A DNA stretch of 64,000 bases from Candidatus Poribacteria bacterium (GCA_965205025.1 CBDBFU010000013.1:128001-192000), one strand, 5' to 3'. Shown: positions 40,101 to 49,677, counted from the first letter of the stretch. Program-made: numbers and translations. The notes: generated by a model not told the origin, from the sequence alone.

Positions 40101-41883
40101 GACTATTGATACGAATACACTTGTGCATATTCCAGATGTGAGCCTACGTGTCAAAATAGTGGAAACCCTGAACAAACCGAAGAACGCAAAACTCAATGCA
40201 GGAGATTTGTTGAAATTAACCAGACTTGACGCTCCAAACGCTAATATTCAAAACCTCACCGGTATTGAATACGCACACAACCTGAGTCACTTGAACCTTG
40301 GGGATGAGTATATTGAGGGCAAAGGATATGTCAACAGTAACAAAATATCGGATTTTTCAACACTTATAGGGCTAACCACATTGACATACCTGAGACTTTC
40401 TCACACGACATTGGTTGATTTGTCTGAGCTATCAACTTTGACAAACCTAACTTCACTGTATTTTCACAGCAACAACATCTCAGATTTATCTGGGTTATCA
40501 GCGTTGACAAACCTGAAGACGCTGAATCTTTACAACAATAACATCTCAGATATATCTGCTCTATCAGCGTTGACAAACCTGAATACACTGTATCTTCACC
40601 ACAACAACATCTCCGATATATCCGCACTATCAGGATTGACAAACCTGACTTCGCTGTGGCTTAGCAGCAACAACATCTCTGATATAACTGCTCTGTCAGC
40701 GTTGACAAGTCTGACTTCGTTGGATCTTCAACGCAACAACATTTCAGATCTATCTGCTCTGTCAGCGTTGACAAACCTGACGATACTGAATCTTTACAAC
40801 AATAACATCTCAGACTTGTCGCCTCTGTTAACATTGAACCTTACAGGGACACAGTGGAACAACACAGGATTGATCCTTGAAGGCAATCCACTCAATAATG
40901 AAGCAATACGTACACACATTCCTGCAATGCAGGCAAGAGGAATTGTAATATCTTTTGACAATATTACGCACCCAGAATTCCTGATAATATCTGGTGATAA
41001 ACAAAAAGAACTTGTGGGACATACACTGCCTTCCCCCTTTGTTGTGGAGTATCGTGATGCTAACGGAAAGCCAAAAGAGGGGGTGAAAGTCACATTTTCT
41101 ATAGCCGATGGTGATGCGGAACTGACTGATACCACCGTTACAACCGATGCTGACGGTAGAGCAAAAACCTTTCTTCGATTCGGATGGAAACTTGGCACTG
41201 TCACTGTCAATGCAACTGCAGAGGGTATTAATTCTCGACTAACCTTCACAGCAAATGTTGTCTTGCCAGAGAACCATGTTCCAGAAGATGTTAATGCCGA
41301 TGGTATCGTTGATGTGGAGGACCTCGTGTTAGTCGCTGCCACTATCGGTACAACCCCACCAGATGAAACAATACCGAATACAGACGTAAACGGTGATGGT
41401 ATCATCAATAGTGATGATTTAGCATTAGTCATGGCAGCATTAGAAACGACACCCACTGCACCTGCAGCGGTTTTGACAGCAGCAAATCTACAGCGGTGGA
41501 TTGACGAAGCAAAACAACTCACTAACAAAGATGAAACCTTCCTGCAAGGAATTACTGTACTTGAGCAGCTGCTTGCATCTATGTTGCCAAAAAAGACTGC
41601 ACTCTTGGCAAACTATCCGAATCCGTTTAATCCGGAGACGTGGATACCGTATCACTTAGCAAAGTCTGCTGAAGTAACGGTGCATATCTATGCAATAAAC
41701 GGCACGTTGATTCGGACTTTGACGTTAGGACACAAGTCTGCGGGAATTTATGAACATCGTAACCGTGCTGCGTATTGGGATGGGAAAAACAATGTAGGTG
41801 AGCCTGTTGCAAGTGGTGTTTATCTCTATACCCTCACTGCAGGTGAGTTTATCGCAACACGCAAGATGCTAATTTTGAAATAG
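37177..41883 (+). CDS. Secreted metzincin-like peptidase + three LRR blocks + Big_1-like Ig domains + dockerin + C-terminal FlgD-Ig/T9SS-like domain
   Basis: HELGHAFGLSH, NNISDISALS repeats, KISGDAQ...LPFVVQV, DVNADG/DVNGDG, NYPNPFNPETW; GGAGG RBS. Confidence 0.88.
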   Translation: MNRKLYSIGLACLIALFLIQHFVHAQDSRPIVRLIYFLPKDRQPQPDIEAKCDKWIKDVQQFFANQMEAHGFGRKTFQFETDAEGNAVVHDFIGQFTDAHYSNLPNIWDIWKEIDKQFDTSKNIYVTAIDMSSEFLDGNDGSIGGVGGTVGSSGGKVITTIDTNTGGIITHELGHAFGLSHDYATSNTKRISRYISDTMLNSFCAAEWLNVHRAFNPKGQQEQDERTHFKMFPPSLDSLPNVIRLRFEISDPNGIHQVQLLAPIPLYHGDLSLLGCKYLNGNISGTLEFVTDDLTPKTGYVILWAIDVHGNLARSQLFPIDITSVLPRPETISIPDPHLAAAVQREIGNATTTHAMLNLQRLDASNSGITDLTGLEYASNLIELYLPGNVNSNTVLDLQPLSGLKNLNRLNLRRNNISDISALSELKNLTTMLDLSDNNISDISALSELKNLIALYLGRNNISDISALSELKNLEWLYLGSNNISDVSALSELANLNLLDLSDNNISNISALSALTNLYLIYLHSNNIIDISALSELKNLEWLYLGSNNISNVSALSGLKNLIALNLSYNNISDISALSALTNLTSLDLHSNNISDISPLLALNLIGTQWDSIGLYLRNNPLSYTSINTHIAAMQVKGVEVQYDQRTPTKLLKISGDAQQAATNSELPLPFVVQVQDQWNRAYAEVPVTFTITDGDGKLSTTKTKTDTEGKAQTRLTLGENVGTTTVQATVPNITQPIQFTATAVSLDLPVSFSDDNLYAKIVETLGKPTNASITIVDMLTLTSLTANNANISDLTGLEYATNLTTLSLDNNNLTNVTPFLELTQLETLSLENNKLSDVTSLVELTELKTLRLRGNLLSYPSLYTTIPVLRSRGVNVVFDTRTPTTLINIPGEPGAAGATLQVIVQIQDQNGVAFAGVPVTFTLTAAGGHRSTSKATSNPNGKAATTLTLGPNPGENVVRAMVAEISQPLNFTITTIDTNTLVHIPDVSLRVKIVETLNKPKNAKLNAGDLLKLTRLDAPNANIQNLTGIEYAHNLSHLNLGDEYIEGKGYVNSNKISDFSTLIGLTTLTYLRLSHTTLVDLSELSTLTNLTSLYFHSNNISDLSGLSALTNLKTLNLYNNNISDISALSALTNLNTLYLHHNNISDISALSGLTNLTSLWLSSNNISDITALSALTSLTSLDLQRNNISDLSALSALTNLTILNLYNNNISDLSPLLTLNLTGTQWNNTGLILEGNPLNNEAIRTHIPAMQARGIVISFDNITHPEFLIISGDKQKELVGHTLPSPFVVEYRDANGKPKEGVKVTFSIADGDAELTDTTVTTDADGRAKTFLRFGWKLGTVTVNATAEGINSRLTFTANVVLPENHVPEDVNADGIVDVEDLVLVAATIGTTPPDETIPNTDVNGDGIINSDDLALVMAALETTPTAPAAVLTAANLQRWIDEAKQLTNKDETFLQGITVLEQLLASMLPKKTALLANYPNPFNPETWIPYHLAKSAEVTVHIYAINGTLIRTLTLGHKSAGIYEHRNRAAYWDGKNNVGEPVASGVYLYTLTAGEFIATRKMLILK

Positions 41884-42049
41884 TATCATATAACCATAGG
41901 ATAGGACATAGCACTCCGCTGGAGTGCATTCAGGGTGTGGTGTTTTTCTATAGACATATTGCTCCGCTGGAGCAAAGAATAGATCGTCGGTCTGGAATTA
42001 TACACACAGTTAACAGAAAGTATGCTATACTGACCAAAAAAGGTGAAAA

Positions 42050-42415
42050 ATGGACGTGTACATACAACTGATACATACAATACTGATTCTCTTGCTACGA
42101 TTCGGTGTCATCGCCGGAATTCTGTTTTTAGCCGTCAAAACAAAATCAAAAGGCATAACACTCATCGGTATCACCGAGATCATGAGTATTGTCATCAACG
42201 CACCTATCTCAATGTACCGCACAAAACTTTATACCGATCATTTTGACAGTGGCGGTGATCTCGAAAACCTGCCAACGCTGCCAAGTCTACTCAACATAAT
42301 AGAAAATATAGATTCTTATGTCATTTTAGTACTCATCATACTCGGCATCTATATCGTGTATAGAGAGTATAAAGCGAATAAATTTTGCACGCCACAATCT
42401 ACAACCCCCGATTGA
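42050..42415 (+). CDS. Hypothetical membrane protein
   Basis: AAGGTG RBS and three hydrophobic segments. Confidence 0.6.
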   Translation: MDVYIQLIHTILILLLRFGVIAGILFLAVKTKSKGITLIGITEIMSIVINAPISMYRTKLYTDHFDSGGDLENLPTLPSLLNIIENIDSYVILVLIILGIYIVYREYKANKFCTPQSTTPD

Positions 42416-42611
42416 TTATAATACCAATTTTACTTAATTAACGTGAGTTTGATAAATCAGAATTTTATGTTCGAATCAAAGAATCATTTGACGAACTTGA
42501 AGCACCTCTTTGTTTGACAGAACGCCTTATCTCAGAAACCTTAAGTAACACACATCAACGAGAGATTCTTAAAACTATAGTAAACTTTAGATTTAATTAG
42601 ACACTTTACTT

Positions 42612-42653
42612 GTAGGAGCGACCTCCTGGTCGCGACCGGGAGGTCGCTCCTAC
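42612..42653. repeat. Overlapping inverted GTAG REP doublet
   Basis: GTAGGAGCGACCTCCTGGTCGCGACCGGGAGGTCGCTCCTAC. Confidence 0.8.
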
Positions 42654-42752
42654 AGAAGAGGTGTGGGACGCGAACGTAAGTTGAGCCAATAGAAAATGTA
42701 GTATTCATTTTATTGTTTACTATAAATAACCGTGGACACCCATAACCGTTTA

Positions 42753-42781
42753 TTGACAGACTTCCCTATTTTCAATATACT
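42753..42781 (+). promoter_or_regulatory. Sigma70 promoter of hsdM
   Basis: TTGACA-N17-TATACT, 34 bp before the ATG. Confidence 0.75.
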
Positions 42782-42815
42782 AATCCTATCACTTCACACA
42801 AAGGAATCCCCATAA

Positions 42816-45284
42816 ATGGCAATAAAAAAATCACAACTCTACGCATCCCTCTGGCAAAGCTGCGACGAACTTCGCGGTGGTATGGATGCATCACAATACA
42901 AAGACTATATCCTCACCCTCCTGTTCATGAAATACGTATCCGATAAAGCTGCGAACAGCGACGGCGGTATTGATGTTCCCGAAGGTGGCAGCTTCAACGA
43001 TATGGTTGCATTACGCGGCGACAAAGAGATTGGCGATAAAATCAACAAAATCATCGGTAGACTCGCAGATGCAAACGAACCGCTCAAAGGTGTCATTGAT
43101 CAAGCAGATTTCAACGACGAAGCCAAACTCGGCAGTGGTAAAGAGATGCAGGATCGGCTGACCAATCTCATCAACATCTTCATCGACATGGATGACCTCA
43201 GCGGAAACAGAGCGGAAGGGGACGATCTACTCGGGGATGCTTACGAATACCTGATGCGACATTTTGCTACGGAGTCCGGTAAAAGTAAGGGACAATTCTA
43301 CACACCCGCAGAAGTCTCACGCATTATGGCAAAGGTCATCGGTATCAGTGCTGACACCACAGGACAAGACACGATCTATGACCCAACTTGTGGCTCTGGT
43401 TCACTACTCCTCCGCGCTGCCGACGAGGCACCAAAAGGATTATCTATCTATGGACAGGAAAAAGATAACGCTACTTATGCACTTGCGTGGATGAATATGA
43501 TACTCCACAACCACGATGACGCAGAACTTAAACTCGGTAACACTCTCGCAGCACCTGATTTCATAGACGACGATGGACTTCTCACAAGATTCAACTTCGC
43601 AGTGGCTAATCCACCCTTCTCAGACAAAGGGTGGACCAGCGGTCTCAACCTTGAACACGACCCATACAACCGTTTTGATGGATATGGTATACCTCCTGCG
43701 AAAAATGGGGATTATGCATTCCTTCTTCATTTCATCGCATCCCTCAAAAGCACCGGAAAAGGTGCAATCATCCTTCCCCACGGTGTGCTGTTCCGTGGCA
43801 ACAAAGAGGGTGATATCCGCAGAAACCTTATCCGCCGCGGCTACATCAAAGGTATCATCGGCTTACCTGCAAATCTATTTTACGGAACCGGCATACCTGC
43901 CTGTATTATCGTGATAGACAAGGAAAACGCCGACCACCGACACGGCATCTTTATGATTGATGCAAGCAAAGGGTTCATAAAAGATGGAAACAAAAACCGA
44001 CTCCGTGCACAGGATATACACAAAATTGTAACCGTATTTAATGCACAGACTAAAATAGACCGTTATTCTCGGATGGTGTCGACCTCTGAAATTGCTGATC
44101 CTGCAAACGACTATAACCTCAATATCCCACGCTATATTGACAACAGTGATCCCGAAGACATGCACGACCTTGATGCACACCTCAACGGTGGAATACCCGA
44201 TTCCGACATAGACGCACTTCAGGACTATTGGCAAGTTTTCCCCACGCTCCGCCAAGAACTTTTCAGAGCAAACGGCAGACCGGGTTATAGTGATCCACAA
44301 GTAGATACACAACAGGTAAAAACAACCATCCTCTCACATAACGAGTTCACAGACTACCAGCAGCGGGTAACCTCTGTCTTTGAAATCTGGCGTACCACAC
44401 ACGAACCGCTGTTAGGTGGTATTGATGCGACCACCAAACCAAGAGTTGTTATTGATGCACTGTCGGAAGACTTGCTGATGCAATTCGACAATTTACCACT
44501 CCTTGACCCTTACGATGTTTACCAGAAACTGATGGACTATTGGGATGAGGTGATGCAGGACGATATATTTCTCATCACTGCAGCAGGATGGATGGAAGCA
44601 TCCCAACCACGCGACCTTATGCAAGACAAAGACCTTAAGGAAACCCCCGACCTCACTATTAAGAAAAAGAAATATAAGATGGACCTGATTCCACCAACTC
44701 TGATCGTTGCGCGCTACTATGCCGATGAACAAGCAGAAATTGACGAACTTCAAACCAAACTCGAAACTGCCATACAAGAATTAGACCAGTATATTGAAGA
44801 ACACACAAGTGAGGACGGACTGCTCGTGGAAGCTACTAATGATAGCGGCAACATCACCAAAACCAGTGTGAATGCACGGCTCAAGGAACTTGCACCTGAC
44901 TTGATGATTTTCAACGATGCAGAAGATGATGACGAGGAACGAAATGCACTTAATCACTGCCTATCCCTACTTGATGCGAAATCTAAAGCGGACAAGTCAG
45001 TAAAAGACGCACAACTTGCCCTTAATAAAAAAGTGCTTGCACATTATGCAACATTGACCGAAGCAGAAATCAAGCAGCTTGTAATAGACGATAAGTGGTT
45101 CGCCACTATCCAAACAGACATACTGGGTATAGTGCAGCAGTTGACGCAGCACCTTACCGAACGCGTCAAGGAATTGGAGGAACGTTACGCACAACCGTTG
45201 CCATCTCTAATGCACGATGTACAAGAGTTTAGCCTGAAAGTTAATAAGCATTTGTCAAATATGGGGGTGGATTGTGATGAGTAA
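42816..45284 (+). CDS. hsdM: Type I RM methyltransferase subunit (m6A), long C-terminal form
   Basis: LWQSCDELRGGMD, GQFYTP, DPTCGSG, ANPPF. Confidence 0.96.
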   Translation: MAIKKSQLYASLWQSCDELRGGMDASQYKDYILTLLFMKYVSDKAANSDGGIDVPEGGSFNDMVALRGDKEIGDKINKIIGRLADANEPLKGVIDQADFNDEAKLGSGKEMQDRLTNLINIFIDMDDLSGNRAEGDDLLGDAYEYLMRHFATESGKSKGQFYTPAEVSRIMAKVIGISADTTGQDTIYDPTCGSGSLLLRAADEAPKGLSIYGQEKDNATYALAWMNMILHNHDDAELKLGNTLAAPDFIDDDGLLTRFNFAVANPPFSDKGWTSGLNLEHDPYNRFDGYGIPPAKNGDYAFLLHFIASLKSTGKGAIILPHGVLFRGNKEGDIRRNLIRRGYIKGIIGLPANLFYGTGIPACIIVIDKENADHRHGIFMIDASKGFIKDGNKNRLRAQDIHKIVTVFNAQTKIDRYSRMVSTSEIADPANDYNLNIPRYIDNSDPEDMHDLDAHLNGGIPDSDIDALQDYWQVFPTLRQELFRANGRPGYSDPQVDTQQVKTTILSHNEFTDYQQRVTSVFEIWRTTHEPLLGGIDATTKPRVVIDALSEDLLMQFDNLPLLDPYDVYQKLMDYWDEVMQDDIFLITAAGWMEASQPRDLMQDKDLKETPDLTIKKKKYKMDLIPPTLIVARYYADEQAEIDELQTKLETAIQELDQYIEEHTSEDGLLVEATNDSGNITKTSVNARLKELAPDLMIFNDAEDDDEERNALNHCLSLLDAKSKADKSVKDAQLALNKKVLAHYATLTEAEIKQLVIDDKWFATIQTDILGIVQQLTQHLTERVKELEERYAQPLPSLMHDVQEFSLKVNKHLSNMGVDCDE

Positions 45285-46464
45285 TCAGCAAAGATTCAGT
45301 GGTGAATGGGAAACAAAGAAATTAGGAGATCTTGGGACTTTTCTCAAAGGTCGTGGTATAAAGCGCGATGATGTCTCTGACGACGGAGTGCCATGTATTC
45401 GCTACGGTGAACTATATACACAATACCAAGATTATATTTTAAAGGTAGCATCTCGGATACCACCAAATGTCGCTGAATCAGCACTACCAATTAAGACTGG
45501 GGATCTTTTATTCGCGGGGTCGGGTGAGACGGCAGAGGAAATTGGTCGGTGCGCGGCATATCTCGGTAAAGAACAAGCATACGCTGGCGGGGATGTCATC
45601 GTGTTAACACCATCAGGACAAAATCCTATATTTCTTGGTCATTTGATGAATACGCCAATAGTCGCAGCACAGAAGGCTCGCTTGGGACAAGGCAATGCAG
45701 TTGTCCATATCTATATCAACAATTTAGCTCAGGTGGAGATAGAACTGCCACCGATTGCAGAACAAAACGCAATCGGTGAAGTCCTGTCAGATGTGGACGG
45801 GTTAATCAACGCATTGGAAGCACTCATCGCCAAGAAACGTGCCATCAAGCAAGCCACCATGCAGCAACTGCTCACCGGCAAGACACGTCTGCCCGGTTTC
45901 AGCGGGGATTGGAAATCTAAGCGGATTGGGGATTTGCTTTCCTATAAACGACCAGATGCCTATATTGTTAAATCTACCGAATATACAGAACAAGGTAATA
46001 CTCCTGTTTTGACAGCGAACAAGGCTTTTATTCTTGGTTACACTGACGAAGATTTTGGTATCTGCAAAAATCATCCTGTTATAGTTTTTGACGATTTTAC
46101 CACAGACAATAAATATGCAACTTTTCCTTTCAAAGTGAAGTCTTCAGCAATCAAACTTTTGTATCCTAAGCATGAACGCGTGAGTCTAAGGTTTGTATTT
46201 GAACGGATGCAATTAATTGATTTTCCATTAGGCAATCACAAACGATACTATATATCCGAGTATCAGAATATTGAGTTACCTGTACCTGAGTATGAAGAAC
46301 AAAGCGCCATCGCCGCTGTACTCTCCGATATGGACGCCGAAATCACTGCATTGGAACAACGTAGAGACAAAACCATCGCCATCAAACAGGAAATGATGCG
46401 GCAGCTGCTAACAGGAAAGGTGCGATTGTTGAAATCACGGATTATTGCGGATGACGTGGATTAG
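45274..46464 (+). CDS. hsdS: Type I RM specificity subunit
   Basis: Two TRDs with conserved spacers (LPPIAEQ...MQQLLTGK; PEYEEQ...MRQLLTGK). Confidence 0.95.
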   Translation: MMSNQQRFSGEWETKKLGDLGTFLKGRGIKRDDVSDDGVPCIRYGELYTQYQDYILKVASRIPPNVAESALPIKTGDLLFAGSGETAEEIGRCAAYLGKEQAYAGGDVIVLTPSGQNPIFLGHLMNTPIVAAQKARLGQGNAVVHIYINNLAQVEIELPPIAEQNAIGEVLSDVDGLINALEALIAKKRAIKQATMQQLLTGKTRLPGFSGDWKSKRIGDLLSYKRPDAYIVKSTEYTEQGNTPVLTANKAFILGYTDEDFGICKNHPVIVFDDFTTDNKYATFPFKVKSSAIKLLYPKHERVSLRFVFERMQLIDFPLGNHKRYYISEYQNIELPVPEYEEQSAIAAVLSDMDAEITALEQRRDKTIAIKQEMMRQLLTGKVRLLKSRIIADDVD

Positions 46465-46616
46465 AAGCACTTGGTGTCTGCCGCGTCTTCTGTCTGAATC
46501 AGGATCATAGGATTTGCTGTAGTTTGCAGTTTCCATATAGACGCTACCTGCTTGCAGATTATTACGTTAATTTTACAGATATAGCACTTGGACGTTTTAA
46601 GAAGGGTATTATAACT

Positions 46617-47306
46617 ATGATTACGGCAAATGTTCTCCAAAGGATTTTTAGAATCAAATATGGGAACGGGGTTGGAACATGCTTCACTATTGATGAAGGT
46701 AATCAACGATATCTAATTACTGCTAAACATATAGTCGAAAACATTGCGGATCACGATACTGTGGAAATATATTTTAATGGTAACTGGGAAAATCTGAAAG
46801 TTAATCTGATTGGTCATGGTAGCACAGGCATTGATATATCTGTTCTAACAGGTGATTTATCCTTTTCAGTTGACTATCCTTTTATTCCGAGTATAAATGG
46901 TTTATGTTATGCTCAAGACGTTTACTTTCTTGGATTCCCGAATGTAGTCAATATAGATAAATTAGCATCCTCAATCCAAAAAATGAACAGAAATTTTCCA
47001 TTCCCAATTGCAAGAAAGGGAATTGTATGTTGGATCAACGAGGATTATATTTTAGTAGATGGACACGGCAACAAGGGTTTCTCTGGAGGACCAGTTGTTT
47101 TTAAACCGAGTGGGAGTGATTTGTACTCCGTTGCAGGAATTATAGTTAAGTACCAACCTGAGATAAAACCTGTTTATGGAACCGAATTAGAAGCAAAAAA
47201 CAATGGAGGTGGGAATAGACCCGTCGGTTATTATAGAGACAATTCTGGGATCATAACTGCTCATTCAATAAAGCACGCTTTAAATTTAATTGAAAACCCT
47301 ATTTGA
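46617..47306 (+). CDS. Trypsin-like serine protease, no signal peptide
   Basis: Triad motifs ITAKH, DISVL, GFSGGPV. Confidence 0.85.
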   Translation: MITANVLQRIFRIKYGNGVGTCFTIDEGNQRYLITAKHIVENIADHDTVEIYFNGNWENLKVNLIGHGSTGIDISVLTGDLSFSVDYPFIPSINGLCYAQDVYFLGFPNVVNIDKLASSIQKMNRNFPFPIARKGIVCWINEDYILVDGHGNKGFSGGPVVFKPSGSDLYSVAGIIVKYQPEIKPVYGTELEAKNNGGGNRPVGYYRDNSGIITAHSIKHALNLIENPI

Positions 47307-47317
47307 AGGAATTTGAA

Positions 47318-47902
47318 ATGACAGCAAAAGAAACAAAACAGAGCAAAGACAATCATATACCACCGAGCCTTAGAATTCCTATACATTTGGATTTCGATTC
47401 TTGCTTGGAGCATGTAGGTTATAATATTGAAAAATTGTCAGAAATGTTGACTAACAAGGGAAATGTCCATCCTTTTGAAGTGTTAAATTACATTGTGCCT
47501 ATAATTACAAACGTCTGTAAATTAGTAGAGGAGCCAACACAAAGGCATGAAGATGATACCTTTTGTCTACAGACACGTCTTAAATCCTGCCATCAAGAGG
47601 ACATAGAAAAATTAGAAAGTGAATTGGTAAACATCAGAGGGAATGCTATTTATGGGATACTCAAAGATGCTCGAGATCACACCGTTGCTCATATAAGATC
47701 TGAATACGAAGGATATAGGGCTACTCAGAATGCGTTAGCAGAAGCTGCAAACTATTTGATTGAACGTGAAAATCGTTTAAAAAATTTAGTAGAAAGCATA
47801 AAATCTCTGATACATCACGTTGAAATATCGGTTAAGAAGAAAGAAGGCAAACGGTTAAATGCCGATACAATCACAATACAAATACAAGGATCCAAACAAT
47901 GA
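47318..47902 (+). CDS. Helical protein with a HEPN-like Rx5H motif
   Basis: ARDHTVAH; mostly helical composition. Confidence 0.5.
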   Translation: MTAKETKQSKDNHIPPSLRIPIHLDFDSCLEHVGYNIEKLSEMLTNKGNVHPFEVLNYIVPIITNVCKLVEEPTQRHEDDTFCLQTRLKSCHQEDIEKLESELVNIRGNAIYGILKDARDHTVAHIRSEYEGYRATQNALAEAANYLIERENRLKNLVESIKSLIHHVEISVKKKEGKRLNADTITIQIQGSKQ

Positions 47903-47963
47903 TTGTAGGTTAGATTGTGCAGTTGATGCCCCAAACCGGTAGATGCGGTTTCCTAACCGCATC

Positions 47964-48054
47964 GGAACAACGCAGAGACAAAACCGTTACCATCAAACAA
48001 GACATGATGCAGCAACTACTTATTGGAAAGGTGTATTTATTGAAATCAGAATAA
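47964..48054 (+). pseudogene. hsdS: Remnant 3' end of a second hsdS
   Basis: EQRRDKTVTIKQDMMQQLLIGKVYLLKSE*; 69 of 85 nt match 46353-46437 by hand alignment. Confidence 0.85.
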
Positions 48055-48057
48055 ATT

Positions 48058-48528
48058 ATGAGTATAATATTTACAGATGAAGAAATTAAGTCATTCATAC
48101 AAGAACGTAAGGTTTTACCAGATAATTGGGGTAGCAAGTTTAAGGAAAGGATGAATCAAGGATTTAAGGAGCATTACCAAGATATAATAGGCGAGGATGA
48201 GAATATATTCAGAATCATAGTTAAAAAAGGTGATTTCAGCAAATCAAATTTTTCAGTTATCTTAGTTGTTAGAATTTCTGGTTCAAAGAATTTTTTTCCA
48301 CTTTGTCGCTACAACGGTTCTAATCATCAACACACAAATAAGATTGAAAAAGAAGTGATAAGAGGTTTTCACATTCATATTGCTACAGAGAGGTATCAGA
48401 GAAAAAAGAATGTATTTGGATATGCACAATCGACCACACGATATAGTGATGTCAATGGAGCTATACAGTGTCTTTTCGCAGATGCAAATTTTGAAGAACC
48501 CTCTGGGTTACAGATAAGTCTTTTTTAG
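48058..48528 (+). CDS. Hypothetical protein (DUF6978-like)
   Basis: LCRYNG..HQHTN...FHIH..TERY histidine motif. Confidence 0.6.
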   Translation: MSIIFTDEEIKSFIQERKVLPDNWGSKFKERMNQGFKEHYQDIIGEDENIFRIIVKKGDFSKSNFSVILVVRISGSKNFFPLCRYNGSNHQHTNKIEKEVIRGFHIHIATERYQRKKNVFGYAQSTTRYSDVNGAIQCLFADANFEEPSGLQISLF

Positions 48529-48540
48529 GAGGTGTAAACA

Positions 48541-49311
48541 ATGACAATTAAATCTATAGAACAAGACTTTATTGAAAAAGTCTCGGAAATGGTTCAGGTT
48601 ATACCTGATGGCAAAGACCGTTTTCGTGTGTTTACCCCCTTTATGTTTGATGACGGGGACCATATTTCTATTGTGTTGAAGAAAGAACAAACAGGTTGGG
48701 TGCTTTCAGATGAAGGACATACCTACATGCACCTGACCTACGACATTAAACAGAGCAAATTGTTCAGTGGTAAACGCTTTCAAATAATTTCAAATGCACT
48801 GGATACATTTAACGTGAAAGATCGTTTTGGGGAATTAATATATAAAGTTCGGGACGATCACTTTGGTGATGCACTATATTCTTTTGCCCAAGCACTTGTA
48901 AAAATGGGGGACGTGTTATGCTTGTCAACAGAACCTGTCAAATCCACATTTATAGATGATTTCCAACTATTTTTTGAAAAGATCATCCCAGAAAACCGGA
49001 TGAAATTTGATTGGTATGACGAAAAGCATGATACTGAAAAAATATACACAGTAGATTGCAGAATTAATGGATTACCTGAACCTATTTTTGTATATGCACT
49101 TTTCAATAATGATAGAATCCGAGATGCAACGATCAAAATTCAAAAGGCAATACAGTGGAAAATTCCATTTCGTCCTTTGGGTATTTTTCAAGATAGAGGT
49201 GTTGCAAATCGCCAGGTTGTGGCTCGATTTAATGATGTGTGTGAAGTGCAATTCCCGAAAATGGATGAAAATCAAAACGAAATCACAGCTTATATAGAGA
49301 ATAACATCTAA
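48541..49311 (+). CDS. DUF1828/DUF1829-like protein
   Basis: TPFMFDDGDHI...LSDEGHT N-terminus; AGGAGG RBS. Confidence 0.7.
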   Translation: MTIKSIEQDFIEKVSEMVQVIPDGKDRFRVFTPFMFDDGDHISIVLKKEQTGWVLSDEGHTYMHLTYDIKQSKLFSGKRFQIISNALDTFNVKDRFGELIYKVRDDHFGDALYSFAQALVKMGDVLCLSTEPVKSTFIDDFQLFFEKIIPENRMKFDWYDEKHDTEKIYTVDCRINGLPEPIFVYALFNNDRIRDATIKIQKAIQWKIPFRPLGIFQDRGVANRQVVARFNDVCEVQFPKMDENQNEITAYIENNI

Positions 49312-49440
49312 TCTAATCCCATATTCTCTTCCTCCTCTGTAGGAGGGAACTCCGATTCCCGACTCTTCCAACCTTCCCTCTTCTCATCTTAGCATATTCC
49401 AGTTGTATTATGGTCAATAATACTGGTAATGTGAATATAC

Positions 49441-49561
49441 TAACGTGAGTTTGATAATAGGCAAATAAGCTTTATTTTCAAAATATTACTTCTATACGCC
49501 CGGTAGGTGCGGTTTCCTAACCGCACTGGACATAAAAATCTGATTTTTCAAACTCACGTTA
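49441..49561. mobile_element. MITE family B enclosing REP GTAGGTGCGGTTTCCTAACCGCAC
   Basis: TAACGTGAGTTTGA...TCAAACTCACGTTA. Confidence 0.75.
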
Positions 49562-49677
49562 TACTAAGTAAAAATGGTATCGCAATTAGTCGTTTTGGGA
49601 TTTTTTCCAAAATAAAAAAGATAAAAATGTAGTTTTTACACCTTTATCCTTTAGGTTATAAAATCTTAAACTCTTTT

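Noticed and set aside
38380-40830. Diversity-generating retroelement target
   Set aside because: No reverse transcriptase or template repeat is visible, and the variation is not confined to adenine positions.
40794-41528. Long antisense ORFs (also 33168-33701, 38235-38693, 39207-39713)
   Set aside because: Shadow frames of repetitive LRR/Ig coding sequence, with no RBS or recognisable motifs.
45274-48054. Invertible hsdS shufflon
   Set aside because: The second hsdS piece is a direct-orientation stub with no TRD, and no recombinase or inverted repeats are present.
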